Source: Podarcis filfolensis | Taxonomy: Eukaryota | Length of the DNA stretch: 64,000 bases | Reading direction: 5' to 3' (one strand) | Assembly (NCBI GenBank): GCA_964270895.1 | Contig: OZ185437.1 | The notes under the pieces: generated by a model | Seen by the model: only the letters and a program-made list of their open reading frames with translations | Told to the model about the DNA's origin: nothing | Databases searched by the model: none | Part shown: in pieces, positions 49,306 through 60,095 of the stretch | Numbering within the stretch: position 1 is the first letter of the stretch | Layout of the letters: each line of letters opens with the position of its first letter | Made by a program: the position numbers and the translations under genes

Positions 49306-50920
49306 TGTTCTTGGTGTGAAAATCTAGACCACATTGTGAAATAATCTGTTTCATTCTTCCCATTAGTGAGAGAGTTCCAGAAATCTTTAGATAGCGCTTA
49401 AAAAAAACCCAAACCCTCTTCTTTTTTTCCTGTAATGATTTCATTTGACACTTCCATCAAGTCAGATACTTTTATGCAAAACTCATACTGTGCAATTCGT
49501 ATTTTAATAGTACATATCAACTCAGAAGAAAGTGCCATTTTGCTTCCATGGAATTTGCTCCTAGGGAAGTGAATTTAGTATCGCAGTCTATACCCACTTA
49601 TCTGAGATTGAGCCCCATTGAACTAAATCAAACTTACTTTTGAGTAGGCCTGTATAGGATTGTGCTTTCAGGGAAATAGTTTAAAATGCATTTGAAATTT
49701 CTTTGCATTTTTTTTGAAAACAAATACATTTTTAATTAATGTATAGCTGGAAATGCTTAAAATATACGATAATTTCCATCCTCAAAGCTTTACTGTCAGA
49801 CACTATGTTAAGCCACCATTAATCATAAGTGGCTACAGTCATGTGGTCATTGTAATTTGGTCATGCTGTACAAAAGATAAATGATATGGAATACTATTAG
49901 CAATGATGGTTTTAATGTAGACATTTATCATTATACGAGTTTGTTTGATATGACTTTGGGATAAAATCAGGGGGAAACTGCCTAGCTGTTAATTTTTTTA
50001 TGCCTTTAATGATCATTTGCATACTTAAAAAATGGAAATAAAAGAGTGCTTGTGTTTTCTGGTCCCCTTTCTCCCCCAATGTTCAATGACAGAATTACAG
50101 CTGACTCTGAAGGACCCAAATACAGAATAGATAGAAAAGCAGTGATGACTAGTTGTAAGCTGATGCCAATTTTTTTCATATGAAAGTGATGGGAATATTT
50201 TTTGGGGGGGAGAGCAATTTTTTTTTCATTCTTAAAAACAACAACACCTTGCTAAGCTTTTTTATGCACTGATTGTCATTTGGTCATACTTGCTCCTTTC
50301 CCCGACCAGTATTTTTGTGTCATTAAAATAGAAAAATCAAGAGTATCTTATAAATCCAGCCAATCAGGGTTCATGTAGAAGGGAGATGCTGATGTCACAT
50401 CACCATGCAACCAGTCTGATTTGGATACATGGTGACAATATGAAGCGAAAGTAGATTGAGGTCAGTGCTACCAGTCTACCATCTGAATGGCCACGTAAGT
50501 GGCAAAATTGGGAGGTGTGTTTCAAGGTGCTAAATGTTTCATGAAATTCACTCTCAGTTTCACTTCAGCTCTAATCAGTTGTCATATATTTGACATTAAT
50601 AATAGAAGCCAAGTTTTTGCAAGCTTTCTATTTATAGGATTCATAAGGCTTATTCGACTCCTGAGAACAGTTAAATTGCTGTCAGGAGAAATGCAATGAG
50701 GGATCCACACAAAGAGAACCATTCCTCCACGTCTTCTCATAACAGTCTTTCAAATATAGATTCATGACACATCCGTATGTCTTCCCTGTTCAACTTTGTC
50801 AAAAGGTATAATGGAATAACAAATGCTGTGCAGCTTTCTGAGGCAAGAAAAAAGATAAAAGAAAGCTGTTGCAATCCTGCCTCTGTTGGTCTCCCTTCAT
50901 ATGCTGAACTCTTAATAGCC

Positions 50921-51070
50921 ATCCCATGGCGCAATAGATCAGTATGCCTGGGTGTTAACCAGAAGGTTGGCGGTTTGAGCAGGGATGGCTGTGGGCAAGA
51001 TTCTTGCATTGCAGAGGTTGAACGAGATTATCCTTGGGGTCCCTTCCAACTCTGTGGTTCTATGATTCTA
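50921..51070 (+). mobile_element. SINE with tRNA-Asn(GUU)-derived head and CR1-derived 3' tail
   Basis: tggcgcaatagatcagtatgcctgggtgttaaccagaaggttggcggtttgagc...agggatg aligns to vertebrate tRNA-Asn (tggcgcaat...tgttaaccgaaaggttggtggttcgagc...agggacg); CR1 tail follows, ending ctatgattcta. Confidence 0.75.
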
Positions 51071-51095
51071 TAAACCTCATTTTGATAAATGTACA

Positions 51096-51516
51096 CAGTG
51101 CTTTTTCGGGGGGGGGGGACGCAGGGTTATGCTTACCCCTAAGCATTTTGTGAATCTAACGGGAGACGAAACTTATTTCCCCCAATTTTTAGTTTCTTCT
51201 CTAGCATGGTGATTCATCAGTTCCATTGCTACCCCCGATGGCGGCCTCATTTCCTGTCACGGTGTTTCCTGAGTCTCAGACGGAAGTGAGCGTTTAATGT
51301 GTGGAGTAGGAGTTGGAATCTAGCACGGTGATCGGTCAGTTTTGTTGTTACCACCTCCGATGGCGGCTTCATTACCTTTCTCGGTGCAATGCATGTTCTT
51401 TGTACTTTTGTCCATTTATTGTATCTATTTTCCCTGATTTGAACTATAAAATGGTGATTTTCTTGAGTCAAAATGAGAGTACCCCTAAACATAAAAAACC
51501 CAACAACACCACATTG
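51096..51516 (+). mobile_element. hAT non-autonomous element, long form
   Basis: Perfect 8-bp TSD aatgtaca (51088-51095, 51517-51524). Ends match 24162-24308 (acccctaagcattttgtgaatctaa; aaatgagagtacccctaaaca). Strand is arbitrary. Confidence 0.92.
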
Positions 51517-53809
51517 AATGTACATAAATGTTGCCACACTTGCTTGGGAGAGATGTGTCTATATACATCTACTTCTTCTAAGCTACTTCTTCATGTTTGG
51601 GGAACAAGACCATGAAAATCTTGGGGGTTGGATGGTAAGGTATTGAGCTCAAATGTGTGAGGAGAATAATAATGTGTGAGGGAAACAGTTTGTCCTTTCT
51701 TTCCCTGTGTATTCAACAGAGCTGGTCCAGAAACTAATGCACCTATCAAAATGCACAAGAACATAGCACCAGCATTTACTTAGCTTAGTTAGCCGAATGC
51801 CCTCATAAGGGACTTGAGGAGCAAAAGAGATCAGATAAGAACTTTCCACATATGGGTTTGTATTGAGAAAGTAGGATTAAAGGCATTTGAATGGTTAACT
51901 ATTGGGCCTTATCCCGGGAGGGTAGAACATAAGAAGTGATATAACTGTCATCACAATGTTTTGCTTTTCAAAAGGACGAAGATGTGGTAGAAAGCTGGAG
52001 AGAGATGGAGAAACAGGAAGAAGAGATATATGCACTTTTTAGTTTAAAATGGGGGTGAAGGAACATTACTACTACACTTAAGCATAGTACTTACATTAAA
52101 CATCATAAAACCAAGTGAACTATTTTGAATTTCCTGACACCTAGCTCTAAAAGCCTCTCTGGTTCCGTATTTTTTTTATTATTATTACTAATACTACTAG
52201 CAAGGAAGCTCTCAAAAATGAGGGGGGGGGGAATATGAGCTAGACCAAATGACTAATAAACACAAGTGACCAAATCACAAATTTCACTCTTGTTTGATAA
52301 GGGTCTACACGTAGGGCCATATTTCAAAAAGTAAAAACCAGGATACCCTGAATGTTGTTGAGCTTTTTTATCTTTATTTAGACAAACCCCAAAGTTGTTC
52401 AGCTTTATTTTACAAAAAGGCCAAAAAACTTGCAATTTTTCAATTGACTTCCCTCGGATGGCAATTTCACCTTTGAAATTCTGTTAATGTTCAGGAAAAT
52501 CTTGACATATGGCAGCCCTAGCCGTTCTTGGTCCTGCACATAGTGGAAATGGGTAAGTAATCTCATGGGCTGACTCCAGCTCTCAAAATAACACCTGACC
52601 TCTTTCCAAGGTCCCTGTCCAATTTTAAGGAAGGTGTGGTAAAGATGTTTGCTCACTGTTCTGCAGGAGGAAAAGTACTCATAATGAGTCTTTTCACGTA
52701 TTTTGTACAATGTTGCTTTTCTTCTTCTTTTCTAACACTCTGAAAAGGTGAAAGATCACCTCTAATTTTTCTGATTCTTTTGTTATGCCACCCCACAGAA
52801 AAGAAAAGAAAAATAATTGGTGATGCAATATTTGAAAATATGTGCTTAGATATCTGAAAACCCTCTTCTTTGTGGTAGTAATGCTAATTATGTAGCCTGA
52901 GCATCCATGAAGACACTTGATTGTTCTGGTCTCTGGGGTAGAGGGAAGTGGTTGCAGCAAGTGAGCAAATCTAAGATGCACAGAGTATTATCCTGAGTTA
53001 CAGGTATACAGGTGTGCATATATATCATATACACACTCAGTGTGTGTCCAGGCAACTCCCCATTTATGCGAGCGTTGTGTTCCGAGCTACCATGCTGTAA
53101 GCTCACCTCACCCCATTCTACCCCTGCCCTTTTCCAACCCATCCCGCCCCCACTCCCTTCCGATGTCGAAAATGTCGTGCACGTCAGCAGACACACACAT
53201 GCCGAACACAAGCAAATGGGGAATTTCAAAGGTGAAAACAAAAGACTTGTTTTTGTTCAGGAGTGAAATCATTGATTTCAAGTTTAAAATGTGAGTTTTC
53301 AAAATCTCGTATCAATCAGAGCTTCCCCAATCTACTTAGCCTCAACATGATCCGATGAACTAGTCTGAAATACCATTTTGAAAAACAAAAACAAAATGCT
53401 GAATGTAAATAGTTCACCCCTGGGAAATATGGATTTTGGACATATCATTCGAACAATGGCATGTCAAGGGAAATGTAGAATCAAGAGATTTTTAAATCGT
53501 ACACATTTCTAATTAATTATCATAAACCCCATATGGACACATGAGGTCATGATAACCAACATTCTGTGGGTCACTGGATTTAAACCGTCTCAGATGGTGT
53601 CATCTGCATAGAACTAGGCTTGGCATCTTACATCAAGGCACCATCTGCTGTAGGGGATGAGTGAGTGAAAGTTGTATTTCTTATCTGAATTTTATCTTTC
53701 TAATGATGCATGTCTGCACAGGTTCATTTCTTTGATTCTCTTTTTGAATGGCATTTTAAATTTATCATCTAGTATTGCAGTCGCTTAGTTTATTGAGTCA
53801 TTATAGCTA

Positions 53810-53915
53810 TTCAGTGAAGTTTAACTCAGAGTAAACACAACTGAATGAAATGGACATAACTAAGTTAGGTCCATTTATTTCAACAGGTGGAGTAAAACTT
53901 AGTTGAATACCACCC
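53810..53915. mobile_element. Old MITE-like lizard repeat (agtaaaacttagttgaataccaccc family)
   Basis: Same terminal motif recurs at 54350-54485. Confidence 0.5.
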
Positions 53916-54221
53916 AGTATAAACACCGACAAATGGGAAACACTGGCCTGTGAGCACTCCAATCGGAGAATAGCCTTTACCAAAGGTGTCATGGGCTTTG
54001 AAGATGCTTGAACTCAGGAAGAAAGGGAGAAATGCGCTAAGAGGAAGGCACGCTTGGCAAACACTCACCATGATCAACTCCCGTCTGGAAACCTATGTCT
54101 CCACTGTGGAAGGATGTGTGGATCCAGAATTGGCCTCCACAGTCACTTACAGACTCACTGTTAAAACCGTGTATATGGAAGACAATCTTACTCGGCGACG
54201 ATAAGATAAAGAAGAAGAAGA
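53916..54221 (+). mobile_element. RTE-clade LINE 3' fragment
   Basis: Translates SINTDKWETLA...EDA*TQEEREKCAKRKAR...CLHCGRMCGSRIGLHSHLQTH*, the RTE C-terminal C2H2-like motif, with one in-frame stop; (gaa)n tail. Confidence 0.9.
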
Positions 54222-54349
54222 TTCTCTTTTGTTATGTGTAAGACCATTACTGAAACAAAGGGCCTCACTTGTGGTGATGCTCCATAATACAAGCTACCTA
54301 TATTATAGCAATAATGACTTGAGTATTATGTTACATACATAATAGTACG

Positions 54350-54485
54350 ATGGGTGGTATGCAACTCAGAGTATACCCCTTAACATTGATAGATCTAACT
54401 TAGCCATAGTAAATTCAGTGGGTCTACTCTGAGTAAAGCTTAGTTGTATACCCACTCTGAGTAAAGCTTAGTTGTATACCCACTA
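54350..54485. mobile_element. Old MITE-like repeat containing an exact 28-bp tandem duplication (54426-54481)
   Basis: actctgagtaaagcttagttgtataccc occurs twice in tandem. Confidence 0.65.
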
Positions 54486-56009
54486 ATGATACATTACATA
54501 ACTGTTAAATACAAAATAAAAGATACCATTAAAACACTGAATTTCTTACAACTTGAAAAAGACTTTTTCCTTTCTCTAAATGTGAAATGATGGACCAAGA
54601 TTTCACCACACTTTAACTATAATTTGGTACGATTGCAAGGGACAGAGTATTATTGCCAGGGGGCAAGATTCTGCCTATGGGTCATCCTTAAGATATCGTT
54701 GGTCATTAATCCTCCCTTTTTTCTTTCTTTTTTTAGAAATAAAGGAGGATTGTTAGAGCACATTTCATGAATCCTTGGTGACTGACTAGGCTGGGTTATG
54801 ATCCTACTTTCCCATGTGGAAGATGCAACCATCTCACCCCACATGCATCACATCACATTTGCCAAATAATTTTTTTACATCCGCCCAACCTGTCCTGGCA
54901 TCAAAAAACAGATGTGAGGCACAACGCTGGTAGAATAACCCTTAAGAGCTCTGTTACAAAGCGTTGAAATGAACCATCAAAATCATTGTTTTTCCTTTCC
55001 TGGAGGACTCCCCAAGGACTACATTGAAAACAATTCTGCCTTGCTGTCTAACAGAGTTCACATAAGAACTCCAACCTAGAGTGACATTGGCGAACTTCTG
55101 TGATGTATTACACTGCGTAACACTGTATATACTGTACACAAAGGAGGTAGTTCCCACAGTCATTCTTCTTATTCATCTTACTCAGGCTCATGGGAATTTT
55201 TTTTTTGTTGCCTTCCACCAGGACGTGCCTAAATGAGTATGCCTTGAGGCATTGTGCTCTTAAGAGTCAGAAGATCTCTGAGAAATCAAGGCAGTGTATC
55301 CCTGTTGAACAATGACTTTGGGAGGGAAGTGAACCATGACATGCTGTTTTAACATCAGTGTTGTTTCCTATTTGGCTGTGAATCTGCCAAAACAGATGCG
55401 AAATGTAAACACAGGAATTTTAAATTTGGATTGTGTGCAGGGAAATGTAAAAGTTCTAGCATTTTTAATTCAAGAAATGTGAGTATGCCAATGAATAGCT
55501 TTCAATTTTGATTAAAAACAACCACAACCAATCCAGAATTCTGAGCCTACAACAGCATCAACAGAAAGAACTTAGGGGAAAGATGTGGTAAAGTGTTACC
55601 ACACAATGCAGGTGATGCTGGCAGAGTGAGTGCCAAATCCCATTCAGAAGCACAAACTGAATTTTTAATACTTGTATCAATGTGTATTAATTTGTATTTG
55701 GCAGGTCATAGTTGGTGGCATGGAGGCAGTTAAATGGGCTGGTGTATGATAGGTACCGTTCAGCACCAGTTGGTAAAAGGACTTGCCCTGCATGTCTAAA
55801 CAGAAAAGTTTTTATCAGATGCTGAATATGGTATAATAAACATACCTGTCTAATATTAGTATTGTTTAATAATGTTAATGATGGGTTGGAACTTCCCCTG
55901 CATGCAAAGACAGGCTCTGGCATATTGAGCAGATGAGACCAACACTGGGTCCAACGGTCAAGAAGGAGGTTTCTGCACATGCTGTAGAGGGAAGTAAGGG
56001 ACAGACAGG

Positions 56010-56320
56010 GCTCACCAACCTGGGAAGGTAGCCCACCTAGTAGAAGGAAAAGTCTGAGCCCAAACCTATGCTTCTTTGTGGGGCATCTTCTGGAGAAGAA
56101 AAGGCTAGCGAGTAAACCCTACACAAATCAGGATGGAGTCCCTAAGACAGTTGGATAGCGCCTTGTGCACCCCCTTCTGGCAACTCCTGCAGCCAAGCTG
56201 GTGCCAAACATATTGCTCTGCTTTACTTTGGACCACATCAGTGAAGCCAGGGGGTGGAGGTCTTGTCGTCTGGGCAGCCCGGCAGGTTGACTTCACCCCT
56301 GGAGGCACACTCCATTGTCT
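56010..56320 (+). mobile_element. Probable 5' region of an RTE-type retroposon or derived SINE
   Basis: gagtaaaccctac...ggagtccctaagacagttggat...ggcaactcctgcagccaagctggtgccaaac...ggaccacatcag matches a repeat I recall from lizard genomes; family assignment unverified. Confidence 0.5.
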
Positions 56321-57098
56321 CTCAATACAGACAGATTCCAACAATTATATTTTAATTTGTTACATGCCCTTCACCCAAAGGTCCAGGAGCAGATTACAAT
56401 GATTAACCTGGTACCTAATTGGCAGGCAATGAAATTATTTTAGCAGTAGCACATCCTCACTTATGACTTATCCTGAGACTGCAAAACAAGCAGTAGATAT
56501 CCTGATGTATCATAGGTGGTCCTAGATGTATAATTCTGTTCTAGGGGTGCAGAGGAGCATTACCAGGAGAAACTCCCTTGTATGGTTACAGCACAGTGTG
56601 TTTAATCCATAAACAGGCAATGAATAGAAAATATATATATAATTATTCCCCAAATGCTTTTAAAGCTTAAGGGCTAAATTTCTAAAGAGTTGTGTAGGGA
56701 GTTGTATGAGTAAATCTCATTATTGTTAACAGGTTTTATGTATTAATCTTTTTATACAGTGTTTTTTTTAATAAAAAAACCCCCTCACAGAAATAAAATA
56801 TAAAAGGGCAGGAAAATACAAAAAATATGTACAGAACCAGCTCAGAATATTATCTTTCCATTGATTTTTTTCATTGGACTTGTCTAGGAAGTCAAGTTAC
56901 AGACAAAATCTTCCAAACACAGGTGCAAGCGAGCTTATTTACTTCAGTGCACTGTAATTTATGTGGTTTGGGGTAAATAACTTGACAGAAATGTCAGGAA
57001 ACCACCAGACAAATGAAACAACAGAAGTAGTGCTCTTCCACACTTCAGCAGAGATTTAGTGAAATGGAGTGAAGGTGCCCATGGGAATTGCCTTGATT

Positions 57099-57307
57099 TG
57101 GGGTTGCCATAGGTCTGGAAAATCCCAGGCATGTCCTCTTGCCCATCCAGGGGGATTTTGACAATTGTAAGCAAATGTCTGGGTTGGGGGGGGGCAGGTT
57201 TGACGCAAAGTGTTTGTGTGCGTGGGCGGCTCAGATTCAGGCTCAAGCTCTGTTTCGGGCTCAGAAGTCGTGGCTGGGATTTTTCCCTCTGGAAATATGG
57301 GAACCCA
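57099..57307. mobile_element. hAT-type MITE (agggttgcc TIR family)
   Basis: ggggttgccata ... tatgggaaccc; near-TSD ccttgatt / cctttgatt. Confidence 0.7.
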
Positions 57308-57787
57308 CCTTTGATTGGCAATTTTATTTTTAGAGGTGAAACAGGAAGTGCTTCATTAATGATGTGCTTCCTGTTGTGAGGCTTTAGAGATACCATTCTG
57401 GGTTGGTGGCAACTGCTTTGATTCTGATTCTGATCAGTCATCTGTGTTATTAGCTGTATGAGCCCAAAGGCACAAGTATCACTATGTGGGGAGTAGGGAA
57501 AGATCTGAGTTGTGTCATCTCCTTATGAGCCCTTTTCAGGCACTAATTTTGCATCCCGCTAGGGGTGGAATTTATTGGCATTCATCCACTCCCTGCCTAC
57601 AAACATGGGAGCATCAGTGCCTGAATAGGGCTATGAAGTCCAGACTCTCTGTGAAGTCCAGACTCTGATTATCAATAACTGGAATGAATCTAGGGTAGAC
57701 CAAGTACATTGCTTACAAAAGAGGAAAGGCATCAACCAAAAAAGAGGGCCTAAAATTGCTGAAATTTACACGTGCTAATTTATGTCA

Positions 57788-57873
57788 GTGGAAAACAGGA
57801 GTGCCTGGCGTGCTCTGGTCCATGGGGTCACGATGAGTTGGACACGACTAAACGACTAAACAACAACAACAAC
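57788..57873 (+). mobile_element. RTE-BovB 3' end, heavily 5'-truncated
   Basis: gcctggcgtgctctggtccatggggtcacgatgagttggacacgactaaacgactaaac(aac)n matches the BovB 3' terminus; aatttat on both sides (57777-57783, 57876-57882). Confidence 0.85.
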
Positions 57874-58584
57874 ACAATTTATATGTACAGATGCCATTTT
57901 AGAAATTACTACAACTTAAATATACATTACATCTCACTCTAGAGAGGAAGACTGACCAGGTAACTTGTGTGCCTGCTCAATCTGCTGCCCAGGTGCTAAC
58001 TGTTGGTGGGCAATTTCAAGGCCCCTGTTCTCTCTCCTTATGGTTCTTTATCTTTAACCGAGACTTGGATCCCACAGCTCTTCAAATAGAGGATTGTTCC
58101 TGGCAGCTGTTCAAATAGATGATTGCCCCTGTAAAGTAGGACACACAGTTACCCTCAATCAACAATAGGTGATTGGAGCTCTGTTGCGCCAAACACCCAC
58201 AAATGCATGTGTGAAAAGTGGTCCTAAATTGTAAGGAACTTGATCATAAATTTGTTTCTGTGTCCCAGCCGAGAACCCACTTTTAACAGGTCACCTCTTC
58301 ATACCCTCTTTTCCCTTGTTTTAGCTTTCGGCTGTTTCTAATGAAAGCCGACAATTATTTATACTAATTAGCTGGGCAGTGGATGTTAATGGGATGAGAT
58401 TTTAAATAGGCTCCATCAAAATGATGTGGATAAATCATTTGTGCCCTCCTTATTGCAGCGTCTGCTCTTCAAAATTGGGGCAGAGATGTAAAGATACCGT
58501 AATAGTCTTTCTGGGGCTTAAAAAGGAGGCACATTATTTTTCACATTGGTGAATGCATATACACATATAAAGCTTATAGATATT

Positions 58585-58640
58585 TTGATACTGACCGTAG
58601 CTTATCGGCAGGCAGTGGAGCTGTTTGAAAAGCAAATCTG
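58585..58640 (-). mobile_element. Tiny L2 ORF2 remnant
   Basis: Minus frame LFKQLHCLPISYG resembles L2 LKQLHWLPIxxR. Confidence 0.4.
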
Positions 58641-58729
58641 TGATTTTTAATTTAAAGCCAACAAAGAATGATGATGTTCTTGTATATACGAGCTTATTTA
58701 CAAAGTGAGTGCTGTTGGCTTGTACCAAT

Positions 58730-58925
58730 GGCCAACCCTTCCATGAGGCAAGGTGAGGAGACTGCCTCAGGTGGCAGGATTCACCGGGGCAGCAGATCCT
58801 GATATCAATCTTTCTTATCCCCTTGTTCCTGACATAGATATTCCCTTATCCCTCCTTCCCTGGTAGGGAGGGGGTACCATTTTGGGGTCTGCCTTAGATG
58901 CCAAAATGGCTTGGGCCAGCCCTCC
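58730..58925. mobile_element. hAT-like non-autonomous element (degraded)
   Basis: Ends ggccaaccct / tgggccagccct; internal catgaggcaaggtgagg..gcctcagg shared with 2905. Confidence 0.5.
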
Positions 58926-59143
58926 TTGTACCTAATTTGTGGCATTATGCCAAACTGTCAATCATTTACAAGAGATGAGGAGAAAAGGCCAGAAGATACC
59001 TTGTGTAAAGGAAATTGGACCATGTCAGAACACTGTGGTTGCCTATGTGTTTTCTTTCACTCAGTATAGATTTTCACACCTGAGGAAAAAGTATTGTTTG
59101 GTCAGTAAGTGGATTGGTGCTGCCACATAGGATTGTGATATAG

Positions 59144-59370
59144 CTGGGGTGGCCAACTCCCAAGAGACTGTGATCTACTCACAGAGTTAAAAACTGACAG
59201 TTTTTTGGGGGGCTCAAGTTGTTGAGCTTTTTTAGGAAGGAGGAAAGCCCTTTTTTGGGGGGTGCAGGGCTAAGAAATTGAGCTTTTATTAGGGGAGCCA
59301 AAGTTGTTGAGCTCCTTTGGGGGGAGCCAGTGATCTGCCAACAGTGATCTACCTGTTGGATGTGTCTTTG
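59144..59370. mobile_element. hAT-type MITE with internal aagttgttgagct repeats
   Basis: ggggtggccaactcccaagagactgtgatctac...gatctacctgttgga termini. Confidence 0.65.
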
Positions 59371-59725
59371 ATATAGCATAAGGAAAATCTAGTCAACCTC
59401 AAGATGCAAACTTGGTGTCAGAGTGGGAAGATTTTTACATATTGATTTATATATTTTGAACACTGTCCATTGTATATGCTGGTTAAGTTTTTTTGCAGTA
59501 ACTTTTCTTTTGTATCGGAGTGAACTGAAATGGTTTTTAATTTTTTCCAGATTGTTTGTGTGCTATGAAACACATCCTCTGCTTTTATTTATGTGTATGT
59601 GTGTGTCGGTGGCAGAGAGGTAATGTGTTCATAGTGTGGTTATACTCCCTTCCTCCCAAAGCCCATGTCACAGAGGCCTCCACAAAAAGTTGAGCATTTA
59701 GGTCCCATGCTGTGAAATACTCTCC

Positions 59726-59911
59726 CGGGGTGGATCTACAAACAGTGGGGGAAACACTATAATTAAGTCAGAAATTAAATCGTTGTAACAAAAGGAGAAA
59801 AAAATGCTATGGAAAATTGCTTAGAATTTTCTTTTGCTCTCTGTTGCCATCTGGTGTTGCATGTTTATAACACATTCAAAACACTGTTTCTTGACTAATG
59901 TAGCTGAGTCC
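59726..59911. mobile_element. PIF/Harbinger-like MITE
   Basis: Degenerate TIRs ggggtggatctaca / tgtagctgagtccc. Confidence 0.45.
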
Positions 59912-60066
59912 CAGCAGAGAGTCAGCAGGCTTGTGCAATGGTTTGCATTTTTTTGAACAGCCAGTCTTTGTGTGGCTTTTTGTGTTTGATGGGTTGTTGT
60001 TTTTTGTATATGTTGCAGTATATCACCATGTTATATTGTATGAATTGGGGGTATATAAATACTTCC

Positions 60067-60095
60067 ATAAACAAACAAATAAATAAATAAATAAA
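60067..60095. repeat. (AAAC)/(AAAT)n microsatellite
   Basis: Read directly. Confidence 0.85.

Noticed and set aside
50637-50699. FIRLIRLLRTVKLLS, resembling an ion-channel S4 voltage sensor
   Set aside because: Stop codon five residues later, no usable donor, and no flanking channel exons; treated as chance.
51230-51390. Host-gene CpG promoter or first exon starting MAASFP...
   Set aside because: It lies inside a TSD-bounded hAT element (51096-51516), and both ATG frames close quickly. Kept only as a TE-borne motif finding.
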